In this document: piece by piece, positions 25,141-47,500 of the stretch
Numbering within the stretch: the stretch's first letter is position 1
Layout of the letters: every line of letters begins with the position of its first letter
The notes under the pieces: generated by a model
What the model was told of the DNA's origin: nothing
What the model saw: only the letters and a program-made list of their open reading frames with translations
The model's database searches: none
NCBI RefSeq assembly: GCF_022539665.2
Contig: NC_081334.1
Coordinates: forward strand, 496,001 to 560,000
Reading direction: 5' to 3'
Source of the DNA: Daphnia carinata
Taxonomy: Eukaryota
DNA: 64,000 bases
Made by a program: the position numbers and the translations under genes

Positions 25141-26492
25141 ATTCTCTCTCGAGCCCAAATTTGGCATGATACTTATTTCTTTTTCAACCTTGCGAAGCAA
25201 AAACAACAAAAAAGGATGTAGAATAATAAAGTACGTATGAAGGTACTGAATTGATTTGGCGATGTCGTCATTCGTGCTACAGAACGATCCGGATTTTTAA
25301 GCGGGACTTTGAGACATGATGTCCAGACATTTGGTCGTGGCCAGTTTTAATAGCCAATCGTGTTTTTCAAAAATGTTTTCCCTATTTTTTTTTTTTTTTT
25401 TTAATATTAATAGTCATTATTAAATTGCATAGCAAATGAGTCACATTCGTTGGGTATGGAAATAGGGAAGAGAAAGGTGGCGTTGTACCAGTGTGTAACA
25501 TGTAGATGTGTCTAGGACGTGTTCCAACATGAAGGAAAGTGTTTTCTCTTTCTTTATTATTACTTTTTTTCATTATTTCTCGTGTGTGTGTGTGTGTGTG
25601 TTGTGTATGATGCGTGTGTAGAAGTCCTTGATGGAAAACAAGAAGAGAATATGGCGTTGAGGTGCGCCCACACGCGTCCGCTCCTTCCATTATTGTGGGT
25701 TCCAGTGTTTTCATATCGTATGATGACGTCATCCATATTTTCCTCGTTTTCCTTTATCTATGTACACGTTTCTTGCATCTTTTTTCTCGGTTATTGTTCC
25801 CTTCTCACGAAATCTCTTATTCCATTAACCGTCGGATCGATCAAAAGTTGGAAACATTTGTAGATGCCGTTTACCGTATACGTCTCCCCCAATGTCCCGT
25901 TTCAAGTTACTTTTTTCGGCTCTCTCTCTCTTTTCGTGGTAATGTATGCAAAGCAAAATTTGGAAAAAAAAAAAATTACAAAAACAACTCGGAGATAAAT
26001 ATTCTTCTGTACATATACGTATAATGCCACCTGATGTGAGCCTGAGGCGTAAGAATAACATAAAAACGCGCTGTATTGAAAGAATACCAGGTGAATCACA
26101 TTTGAAATTATACAAGTTCGGCACAGAAGACACGTGTCGCTGGCCTGGGCACAAATATATATGTATGATTATCTAGGTTTTATAGGTACGATATTATATT
26201 ATATATACGGTAGGTATTTTCTGGGTTGCTTTAAAGAAAAAAATAAAAGAGAAAACAAAACAAAAATAGAATAACTTTTGGTATTTCGTAAGTGTGTGCA
26301 CGCGTGTGTGTGTGTGACTAGATGAGTTGACTGGCCAAAAATGGCGATGCTGGGGTCAGCGGACGCGCGGAATGAAATCGCACGAAAATCCTGATGGATG
26401 ATTCCATCGTTTTGGATTCATCTTTGTTTTTCCACAGCGCGAAACGCTTCTGTTTGCTTTTTTTTTTAATCTTATTAATTATTCGAGTTTTT

Positions 26493-35235
<8,743 letters not shown>

Positions 35236-38200
35236 TTGTTACATGTCGAGTAACAAAATAAAAAATCATATATATATAAAAAAAAAAGAAATGAAACAAA
35301 AATTGAGTTATAGTTGAATCACTAGATGTGGGTGTTATGATAAACAGAAAGCAGTTGATGCCTAGTTTTCAGTCATTCATCACACCCGTTTTTGTTTTTT
35401 TTTAAACTACAAGACATCATTAATAAATACATCGCTCACAGATGGGCAGTGAACCAGACAAAAAAAAAGTCCAACCGAATGAGAAAAGGGTAGCTAGGTG
35501 ATGACATCTATATGAGTCGACTTGCTAATAACAAGCCAACAGACATTGATGTCAGCCTACGTCAATAACAGAGATAAATCAGTCAACGTCGTACAGAGCT
35601 GTCTGCATGTCGCTCGTTTTGGCTCATCACTTGTGCCCTATGTGTGTCTCATTCCTAGTTATTTCTTTGTGACGAAAGATGGAGAAAAAAACAAAAAAAC
35701 AAAACAAAGTCATCAACAGCAAATAACTGTTGGGTTTATATAGTAGAATGTCACTAGTCTGCTGGAACGATCTGCTGTAAAGCAGCCAAACGAAGATTGC
35801 ACTTCTGCTTCAGCTATTAACCAAGTGTCACTGTTAGTTTTTTTCTATTTTTATTTTATTTTATCCAAGTTTGCGCGGCTTCGTTTAATGGAACGTAAAA
35901 TAAAAAATTGCGTCGTCATTCATTTCCAGCGCAAACTACCATTTGCTTTATGCGGCTCTATTTTCGCAAGATTTCGAATTTATAGGTGTCGCACAAGTTT
36001 GTTAATATGTCGGCCGTATTGCATTAATGACATTGCCAGACATGTTTACCACCGCGAAAAGAGAAAAAAACAAATTTTCTCGAGTATCTGGAACATCGTA
36101 ACAAATGGCTGTTAATATGTTTAACAAAATGGAGGAGCATAAAAGAAGGGAGAAAAAAACGCAGATAAGAGAAACATTAGGCTACACAGAAGTACCGTAT
36201 GGTATTTTAGATTCTATTGCTTTGTCTGAGGGGGCTCCCGTGTCGGGTTTTGTCCCTTTATGTTATTTTTTTTTTTTTTGTTTATCAATTTCATATCTGT
36301 TTCATTTTCTATTCGTCTCGAAAAAAAGGGATAGAGAGGAAAAGAAGGGAAGACAGAGATGCGCACCTGGTGTCCTGGTGAAACAACAACAAAACGCAGC
36401 AGGGAAAGTATAATATCACGCACAACAGACAAACAATCCAATCGGCGGATAGTAAAGTGACGTCATCAACTGGGCGTCGTCGGCTCCACAAACGGGGGAG
36501 ATTTAGATCGGCCATGAATTCGCCCAGTCTCTCCGCTTATTAAAGCTATATACACACAACTTTTAGTTTATTTTTTTTTTTGCGATGGAAACGTTGTCCA
36601 TTTACTCGGACTGTATTCACGCTAGTTTTCTTTGAAACATGTGTTGGAGCAGCTGGTGCGCCAGCTGTTTTTTTTTTTTAAACAAGGTAGCCTAAACTTC
36701 GATGGGGCTCCCTTTCGTCAATGATTCTCATTCATTGCTCCCTTTCTCTTATTGATTTATGTAGCCAATTGAAACAGTTTTTTTGTCAACATTCACGTCG
36801 ACTACATCCAACCGATTAAAATGAGAAAAATCCGCGTTGTTCTCTGTCAGACGTAAAGGAATGAATTGAAAAAAAAATAAGATTTACGAATCGTAAAAAG
36901 CTAAAAATGGTTTTAGTATTTTTCTTTTCATTCGATTTCGCTTTACAAAGCGACCGATGATTGTGCTGTAATCAAGGTCATAAAGCGTGGCATTTTGAAT
37001 ATCGGGTCGCAACGTGTCGTTAGAAAAAAAAAATAAATTCGAGGAAACTAAAAGCAACAGAACTCGTACCAGTTGTATGACACCTGGTCGTCAACGAGGA
37101 TCAGAAACCGGCCAACCGGAGACTGTCCTGAACGACATCAAATCCATTTTAGGCAACGGACAACTTCAGAAAAAAAAAAATTGGGTTGCCTAACGTATTT
37201 AAAAAAAAAGAAAGAAATATATCTCTGAAGGTATAATAACAATACATTTAGTTTACAACGGTAATAAGAAGCTTTACGTATGCAAATCTTTTTTTGTTCT
37301 ATTATAGAAAGTATACTTTATTTCGAGACAGAAAATGGAGACAACAATTTTTGAGCTGCCGCTGTGTTGTTTTACTTCTTGTTTTGATGCTTCTTTTTTT
37401 TCTACTTTAATTTTTACGAGCCGCTAGTTCAAGAAAAAAAAATGTTATTGTCACTATTAAAGCCTTTTGATGCTTGTCGGTGTCTCTCTTTTACTTCAAT
37501 GTCTGCCGCCCAGCAACAAAAATGTGCTCGGCAAGAATAGGCAGACAAGACTAACAATACGCCCTATTAGATTGATGTGTGTGTGTAATCATTCTAACAC
37601 GCACTAAAACCGGCCTTTTTGTGCGTCGAAAAGAAATTATAAATATGCAACGCATGATTGTGCATGCAACTTCAATCCGAATAACAACACACAGCATCCC
37701 ACACGACAGTTGAAATTTCAATGATAAAATACGGATGTGTACCTGGCACGGAGTTGAACAAGAAACCAAAAACAAGGGTTAGTCGAATTAATCTGTTGAT
37801 AAATGGCATTGGGCTGTTGGCCATTATTCCGTCCAAGCCATCGGAAAACGTTTTTCGTACTTCAATTGACACGGACCTTTAAATATAAAACATATCTTTT
37901 AAAAAATGGAATACAACCAGGTAATACGTGAATTCCGTTGATATACACGAGGAAGAAATCTAACACGGTGAACGTATACATCACTTACGCGAAAAATGCG
38001 GGCTGGTGGGCCAACGGGCTATAACTGATTGGCGTGATTCAAGGTTCTTAAATATGCAAGAACGTAGAAAACAACTGACACGGCAGCAATGCGGTACATA
38101 AACCTTCTGCGTAATACTCGAAAAAGCCGATCGATATAACAATGCTTAGCACACACCCAATTTTGAGTTTGTTTCCATAAACAACACAATTTAGCCTTTT

Positions 38201-41200
38201 GTCAAGCTAAAATAATTATTCGCAATACATTAGTTCAATTATCTATCGCACCATTAAATTTCGAAACGAACTAATTGAACGTGCTGATTTAATGATACTA
38301 CACACTAAATGACGTTGATATTAAGAGTCAAACGAAACGCCACGTCCAAACAAGTTAAGTAAACACGGAAAAGAGGATAACAACTATTGGCCTCACACAC
38401 CAGCTGGCGTGTGATTCAAACGGAGGTCGGCGTCCAACTGGCGGGACTGCGAGCTGTTCCATCGCTCTATATGTACTACCTTTAGCACCACATGAAACGG
38501 TCGACGTAAGACAAACATAAACCCTCCCCTCTATACTATATAGAACATGATAGCAAGGAACTAGAGTTGGACGCTTCGTAAAAGTCAGCGATGCGCCAGC
38601 GCAATCGCCCACTCACAGCCGCTGTTAAACAGAGTGCAAACACGTAAAAAATGTCAATGGTTAGACTCACGTCCGTTTACATAGGATCCGCTACGGATCC
38701 ACCCTTCCGTTTTATCCTAACTAAACACAGACAACGCACAAAGGCACAGTCTCAATCAACAGGTTTTCGAAAAATACACAGAGTTTTTCTATCAAGATGC
38801 CTGTTTTTTTATTGTTAAAATTGACGATGAAAATTAAATTTTATTCTGCCATCTATCGCCGTGAAACGCCTCGTGTCCATATAGTAGCGTGATGGCACGC
38901 GGTCCGTGATCCCGCATCAATGTTGCTCACCCGATCGCTAACTTCACGTACGAAATAGAATTCGAGTATTGCCGCAATAAAAATCATGGAACTATTGCGT
39001 TGTTTGTCGTTTCTTCTCGATGTACGCGTCTTGGATACCAAAGCTGTTATGTCTATGGAGCACAAGTCACGTGACTATAAAAAAAACGGGTATATCTGAT
39101 GCGGGATTGCTGGTGACATCGCCGCTTGAGGCAATAACAAAAGGTTGATGTAAAGACACACAAAAATAGACTATCGATACAGAAAATCAAATTTAAAAAC
39201 TAATGTGATGTATTATCGAGTATAACAGAAATCGGCCAAATTGCGTGAGGTTTGGGTCAAAAGAACGAGTGAGAAAGAACAAAATAATCATACGTCTAAC
39301 AGAAAAAAAAGAAAAACAATTACGATTATAACCCGTGTTAAATGATTGGACGACGTAAGAAGAATGCGCTAAAACCACTTTCTCAAAACGTCGTCTTATG
39401 GTAATTGATGTTACCTTTTTGTGTTTAACTAGCTTCATACACCTAATAGGAAAAAATTTAATTTGCTGTCTTCATAAGCAACGCCTGTTCGGCTACGTGA
39501 TTTTTAAAAGAAGAGGTTAAAAAGGGTTTAGAATAATTGAAAATGTTAAAACCTGACAATACTTTCACTTGAGCTTTTGTTGGAAATGTCAAGGGTTAAT
39601 TACTGCAAGCCCAACAAACACGAGACACACTTAGAGAACGTGAAGGGGCGATACCTAAACATTTATCCTCAATGAAACGCAATTTCGCTAGTTTACTCGA
39701 TTTAAGGCGCTAATGTGCATAGCAAACAAGAGTTTACATTTACAACAACAATTAAAATAAAATTCTACCTGCATGAGATCGTAATTTACCGCTTTCACGG
39801 TCCTAAGCAAACTTCGAAGTAAACCGTCTTACGTTTTGTATCTGCTCACTAACGTTGACCCTATGGTTCAACTAGACGTTAAGAGACTAATATTGTACAA
39901 CAATAAACGCAGCATGAATTGATGTAGCTAATCAAGGTTGATGATTTTCTACTACTGAATGGCAAACAGATCGTCTTTTTTACAATGGAATTGCACGGAA
40001 TTGCAGATTGTTATGGATCACACTTTTAGTTAAGGTAATAATATGCATATTTCTTTCATTATCTCCATCATGTATGCTAATAAAAACGTATGAATGATGG
40101 TGATTTCCAGTCAAATAGCAACTGTACAGTGAGTTGATAAATGACTAGTAAAAGGTTCCGGGCACGCTTTTCCTCACCTACCAAATTCGGTAAAACGGCG
40201 GCGGAAATCTCCGACTTCCCCATGGAAAAGTATGTTCCGTTTATTTTGTTGGTAAAAACCACATTTCTTATGATATATACTGTATGTTCTTACCTTTACA
40301 TAGTTTTCGACCAACATTTAATTAGATTCATTCATAATCATGTAATGACATGTGTCAATGTATGGGACACTTCTTCGTATACAAGGGGAAACACCAACGG
40401 AACAGGGATGGTAAGTTCATCCGGGGACAGTGAAAAGGTCACGAAAGAGCTCACGCAATAAGAGTTACTTAGCCATTAAAAAAATAAATGAATGAAAAAA
40501 AACGTTTTGGAAAACTTATTACTGAATTCACCTGTAAAAGTTTAATCGTTCTCTTGCGTCATTGTCCCAGCAACTTACATTCGATGCAATTCGGTGTCTC
40601 TTGAGCTGACCCAGTCCCGAATCAATTACACTGACAATTAAATTAGAGATTGGAATATACTTGTATCATGATTGTAAAAGCAGATAGAAAAATATCGAAA
40701 ACCAAATATCGACAACCATTCCACTTGACAATTTTCGTTCTATTCGTCGCCTTTTATTTTCGTTGCCCTTTCCGCGATTTGATTCCTTCAAAAGACGATA
40801 CATCACGCAGGTAAAGCAACGAGCTCGATCACGGATACATTAAATTAGGCATAGATGCGGATGACAGTATAAGTAAGAGTTAGAACGGTACGTGTGCATA
40901 ATTGATGCATGACGTCTATGGGTATATTGGTAAGTTTGTGAAGCCATAGCAATTTTTGGTTTTGCATTTTCTTCCTTCTAACTTTGCGGTGCATGGCGAA
41001 AGTTCAAACGCATTCGGAGCACTTCACGACGAATATTTCTTCTGTGAGCATAATAATCCAAAGTGAGTGCAATCGAACGGAAAACTAAGAATTGCTATTA
41101 AATTTAGTGGCTTTTAAAATGCCATGGCGATTAAGGTAATATTCGCTTTACGAGTGATGAATGTACAAATCGGTTGGCATGCGTACATGCAATTGCTTTC

Positions 41201-44200
41201 AAATGTCACCTACCTTTTCGTTTCAGTCGGTCGATGTTTGGTCGTTCGGGAATTAATGGTTTCATTTTGAAAGTAGCTCTAGTTTTGCGATAATCTATAT
41301 TTGACACGTTCTCGTGCCCTTACGAGCTATAAAACTGGTAAGACGATTTAAAAATTCACGGGTATCAAACGCCGACGAAAATTGTAAACGAATTTCCTTG
41401 TCTTGTTCTTATTTTAGCCTCTTCCTAGTAAATCAAGAAATTGGATTTTTCCAAATAGACCATATACTTATAAGCTTTTTCCCATCATAAGGGATGAAGT
41501 CAAAGTATACGACGCCCAAAAAATTCCGGATAGTGTGGGTTCTTCGCATTGAGGAAGGCATATTGCCAAAAAAAAATTCACTCACATTGAAAGCCAGGTA
41601 ATGACGTACCTTTACCGTATATCCGCCATTTGGTACGGGAAACATTTTTATATATAGCCACTAGGCGAATATTTTGGGATAAACGGCAGCAAAAGACGGG
41701 CGTGGTTATGATGTTCCGGGCACGCGCGTTTGAATTTTGTTTCGTTTTGTTTCGCGTGTGCTGGGTGTTGTGTGTAAAAACCATTTATTTCTATATACTC
41801 GGTTGGACGACATACAACACCCATAGCAGACGGAAATTGCAATCATCATTCGCATTGTATTACTAAAGCAACCAAACGCCACCAAGCCCCAGTTATTCGA
41901 ATTTCCTTTGAAGAAAAAAGGAAGGTTTTAAAAATTGATTTCCATTCTATTGAGATGCGCATTACTGTCTGCATTATGTTTAATTTTAAAATCAATCGCG
42001 TAAACTTAGTTCAGTGCGTTACCATACTACTTCTAATACCTTATACTATAATACTTTCGATATATCGTGGGCACACTAATCAGGGATTTGTTTTCTCCTG
42101 TGCTATCCTATATTATGAGAAGCATTTGTAACAAACACAAGGCAAAAAATGTCGCATAAAGCATTCGTTACGTAGCAGGTAGGGTGACAAAGGGGCTCAA
42201 TTATATGCCAATGAATTACTTGGTAGGCTTACCGTTCTGATGGTACGTGTGTTAGTGAATAACACTAGATCTTGTGCAAAGGACACGGATAGGTTGTTGA
42301 TGCACAGACGTAATTCGATCATCGTTATATTTATATTTTCGATCTTCTAATGAGAATAAAATCACGGTGACGTGGGATCCACGGTAAATATTTTGAGAAT
42401 GATATGCCAGTCGATAATTTTCTGACTATAAACGGTTGTCACGAACGCTCTCGTTGAAATGTGTTTACCTCGAGAGGCTCGATTTCATGTTGCCATTAGT
42501 TAAGGGCCACGATGGACCTTTTAATTACAAAAGAAAATTTAATTAAACAACCAAACCGACGTAGAGATGAATGGAAATTTTGCATTTTCACGGAAACGGA
42601 GCAATCTTGAACTGTTGTTCCTCTCTTGTTTTGATTTTAAATTTGCATAGGCGTATGTTTCAATAATCAGAATGCTCTCGTTCACGATGAGAAATGATTT
42701 TAACTGGGTTTCACAACCCAATAGAATCAAATGAGCAAATCAACCTTCAGCATGATAAAAACAGTCTGTTGATAAAAATGAACTTTCACGGCAAAATCTT
42801 CTCGATAGATGGACGATTTATTTTTGTTCAAAATCTAGTCCTCGTTTTCGCGTTTGAATGGGAGTATAATTATCGTTGGTTTCATGACTCAAATTTTAAA
42901 TTCTCGTGAACTTATTATGCATTAGCTCTATTTTCATAAAGAGACTAAATCCATTGACAAACGTGCGTCGGTGTATGTGCGTAACTCGTGTTCCAACTTT
43001 CATATATAATGAAAAATTTCCAGGGAAACTCGATTCCCCCCTGACATTATCTAACTCTCGATCCCAGAGACCGGAAGCGTTATTTTATACATATGCACAA
43101 CAACTTGCAGAGATAGAGAGATAAGAGTTTTCTCTTGGCGAAGACGAGGAAAGATTTCGTTCAATTTGGCCGTTTCTGTGCCCACTTGCATAACGTGAAA
43201 CCCACGCCCCAGCCGCATTTATACTGATCTGTCTAAAGCGGACATAAATCATGATGTGATACAGTTCAACTGTTTCCTACCTGTCCGCCTTTCCTTTAAG
43301 CTTTAGCCAAACTTGAAATGCTATGCCTTAAAAAGTCCACAGGACAATGGCTTTTGTTCCATTTTTCACCTGATTCGGCTATGCAAAAACTAAAACCGTT
43401 CACTCTGCCCTTGAAAACTTAACGATACCAAAGCTTAAACTTTTCTTTTTCTTCTTGGAAATTAGAAAAAAGATTTGATTACGTAACTCGTCAAAACTTG
43501 TTGTCTCACTTATTCTGCCTTGTATAATGTGTAGATGTAAGAGTTTCACGATTTCATCAAATGTAATCTCTCCAACGCAGAAATGAGTACAGTTACAGTA
43601 AAAAGAAATCAAAGAATCAGGATTGATGACGAGGAGAAAAAGGAAAAATAAAAAGGAGAAACGAAATTTTTGTGGAGGGCGGATAAAGGGATGCATTGAA
43701 CACATAATTTTTTTTTTAAATCTTCCCCAGCACCTTTAAAAAACTCATATAGCGTTTGAGTGCTCAAGGCAATAAACTCTAAATCTTTATACTACAGCGT
43801 AGCATTTAAATGAAGGGAGTAAACATGAGACAGTGAAAGACTAAAAAAAAAAAAAATAAAAAAAAAATAAGCATTAGTATATTTTATTTAAAGCTCGATG
43901 CCAAGAGGTCTTAATCTCTTGATTTAAACTTAGTGGAAAACGTAAACGCAGGATTCCGGAAAATCCCTTCGTTTGTGATGATACCCAAATTGCCTTTGAC
44001 TAATAACTTTCTTACGCGAACCCAATCAAAGCCACTAACCGTATCTTTTTACAGTGATAAGAGAAATGATACAAATATAGGTTGAATGAATAACAATATA
44101 ATAAAAGACTTTTCTGTTGTTTCCTACTGGCACAAAATATTGCGACAGGTGAATGAATTTCATTAATTGATTATTTGTTAATTAGTTAGAATGATCTTGC

Positions 44201-44542
44201 TGTCGTGTAACGAGTGATAGAAGAAAAGGGTGGGCAGTGGGTGGCCACAAGGTGAAAGGTTTTCTTTTTTTTTTAGGTTTTTTCTGGTTGTTCTTATTAC
44301 ATATACTGCAGATAATTATGAGAAGCGGCAAGATACACATGACTTTCATTAATAGAAGTTTTCTTTTTTGATCAAAAATGAAAAACGCGATGCTCCTCGT
44401 CATCGTCCGTCATCAATCATCATCCATGTCGTCGAATTGAAATTTTTGGGGAGACGTTAGCACCAATGTTTTAAAATTAAACTCTCTCCAATTTCGTATG
44501 TAGGTGCGTGTTACACGTTTAATTCTGCATCCTTACGTCCTT

Positions 44543-47500
44543 TTAAAAATCCGTCTCGCCCAGCACATCAGCCATCAATCGTTTAAAGCTGTAGCTTTGC
44601 TGGATCTTTTCTTTCTCCAAGCCCATCACATTGACCTGAATGAAACCGTATTAATAAAAAAATAAAAAAATCAATCACATAAAAGAAAACAATTGCATAG
44701 CAACGTAACCGTATTAGTAAAGCACGGAATGCACAATAGAAAATTCCGCCGGATACAGTGAGTTGGTTGCCAAGTAACCGATTTTGTTCCAAGCGCGTTC
44801 GTACTCGCATGCGACGCTTCCTATTTCCCTTTCGTAAAATGTTTACCACGCAGTCGCATTTCCCAGGTTTTAAATGGCGTATGAAATAAGGACAACGTTA
44901 AAGTATTAACTCCTCGAGATTGCATGGACCTCAAAGTGTTAGCTTTCGCTTGCATTCGCTATCTGTTTAATGTGAGCTCACAGTCAGATGTTCTATATTC
45001 ATTGAATGTTACATAAATGCCAAGAAGAGCCGACAGAGGACGTTAATGAGAGAAAATACTGTATCGCGATTTAACTTTTTTTTTTTCGAATCGCTTTTAA
45101 ATAAACGAATACGTTTTGTACAACTCCCGAGAAAAAGCTGTTGATTCTTGTATGCGTAATAGCATCAAGAGCTCGAAGGTGCGGATGTCAAGCGCCAGCA
45201 GATGTTCCATAATAGAACACGGCCAAATGGCGGGCCTTTCCTAAACTTATATTCTACAAAGAACGACAGTTTTAACGGGTAAGGAGACGACTCACGCTTG
45301 TTCGTGAAAATGGACTTTTTGCTGAATAAAACCGACACCTTAACGGAATAACGGAAAGGTCGTTTCTCTTACGGTGCGCAAAGTTTTTGAGCTACTTCAT
45401 TATTTCGTTCCACGTGCGGTGATTGAGTGCGCCACGGGGAGGGTGGCGGTAGAATGCGCAATTTTCTTAAATGTTACCTTGAAGTGAGGATTGGAAGCGA
45501 CCGTTTTGACGGGAGCAGCCGGTCGAACTTCTTTAAGTCCGCGACTGTCACGAACGGCTGATGCCTTGTTGTTCTTCTCGTTCTCTTCCATCAACGCGCG
45601 TAATGTTTCTGAATTCTTCATATCCAATTTACGAGCAGGATTGGGCCTGTTTTCAGAAATTCGGCGCAATAAAATTTAATGCAATGAATTAAAACCAATT
45701 GGCCATCAAGGCTTACGGGATGATTCCGGTCTGTTGGGCCAGTACCTCCTGGACATTCTCATTCGAGTAAAGGCCTAGAGGTGAATTAAACTGCTTATGC
45801 ACCAACTGTTTAAAAAAGAAGCGGAAGTCATTACAAATTACACTAAAAAAAAATTTAATTCATTGATCTCGGGACTCACTTCTTGTTTAGGTGGGGCATC
45901 ACCAGCTTCGTGAATCACGGCAGTCTGGCCGGCCGGTTCGTTAACAGCAGCCATTTTCCTCTGTACCATGGCGGCAGCAGCCTCCAACTGAGTTTTTAAT
46001 TCGATCAGAATCGAATGGTCAAAACGATTGTTATCAAATGAAAACAAAGAAGAAATTGGATAAGTTTCATTGTTGAGTACATAGCAGTTACTTTACGTAG
46101 CTACGGTAGCTATGTATACATGGAACGACGATGGGTGTGTCTATATACACCCACCGGTGAGATTCAACATTCAAAATTAAATACCCTGCAGTTAAGGCAG
46201 ATCCTAAATGCATAAGCTTTATTGATCTATAGGATTACGGCATACGCACAGCATTCGGTTAGAAAGCCAAACAGAAGGAATTGCACTTAAAAATACATAA
46301 GTGATACATTACAGTAGCATATACTTACTCATTTGTTATAGCTTGTCTTTTATTAGGTCTACAGTATGTGTTATTTTTTTCGTTTGTGTATACTAACAAC
46401 ACTACGAACATATTATTTCTATTGCGGTGTGAACCCTATGAGACGCAATCAACTTTGTCTAACCGAATTTCGTTAAGCATGTTTCGATATTACGTCATGA
46501 CATATGCGCGAATTGAAGGCTGGAATGAAATCTAATACGCCTAGAAGCTTGGCATATAACACGAATGTCGTATAGCAACAGCAATGTGCCATTTTCGAGT
46601 TTCCTTCATCTGTAAATAAATTTCTGAATCCATTAAGAATCGTGTTAATTCGATATTGGCAATAACGAGCTTCCTAATAAATTGTTTGCTTGCTCTGATT
46701 ATACTGATGCAGTGTTTTTCAATGTGTATACTAGCAAATGTGTACAGTGTTGTATGTACCTGATGTTCGTTATCCACACGCCAGCCTTTGGTCGGTTCAA
46801 ACACCTTTTCAAATATCGCCTTATATTCCTGATCCTAATTTGTTTTATACGTGTACATATTTTTGTCTTATCAGTATTTTCAAAATAAAATACATGTATA
46901 GAAAGAGCAGGCCTCTTATATGATTAGCAAAAGGTAAAAGAAGTCATAGCCAGCATACAATAGAAATTTAAATATATATATACTATGCATAGTGAGATTA
47001 AATTTTTAATGAGGTGGCTGACCTTTTGCTTGAGGACGGCGTCGTTAGAGGACGAATGGGCGCTGGATTGCGACTGAAACGGAGCTCCGGGAGTGTTCCA
47101 CAGCATAGCATTCTGTTGCGTTTGCAGTGCCAAATAGCTCTGCGTCGCAGTGGCATTGTCACGTCCAGCTTTCGCACCAGGCAGTACCAGCGGGGTCGTC
47201 CTGTACGGCTATTAATGTTTAACTCACTTTCATTAACTGCTTTTGACAATTTTCAAACACTTTGCTTTTTATTTTTTTGTTGTTGTTGTAAAACTCTTTG
47301 TTTCTTTTTCTGGGAAACAAAGAAAAGTAATGGAGCTTTTACATCGATTAATCACACACTTCCGTTTGAAATTAAAGTTTTCTAAATGATAGAGCCAATT
47401 GTCACGACACAAAAATCGTCTCTGCCATTTGATAGTTACCACTAGGCTACTACTTTCCCGGACGGCAATCAGCGGAGAAAATAGAAATGGTATAATTTGC

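Noticed and set aside
36309..36515. Hydrophobic ORF MADLNLPRLW... as the Ret signal-peptide exon
   Set aside because: Its donor (AG|gtgcgc) is phase 2 and would put the 35225 exon out of frame.
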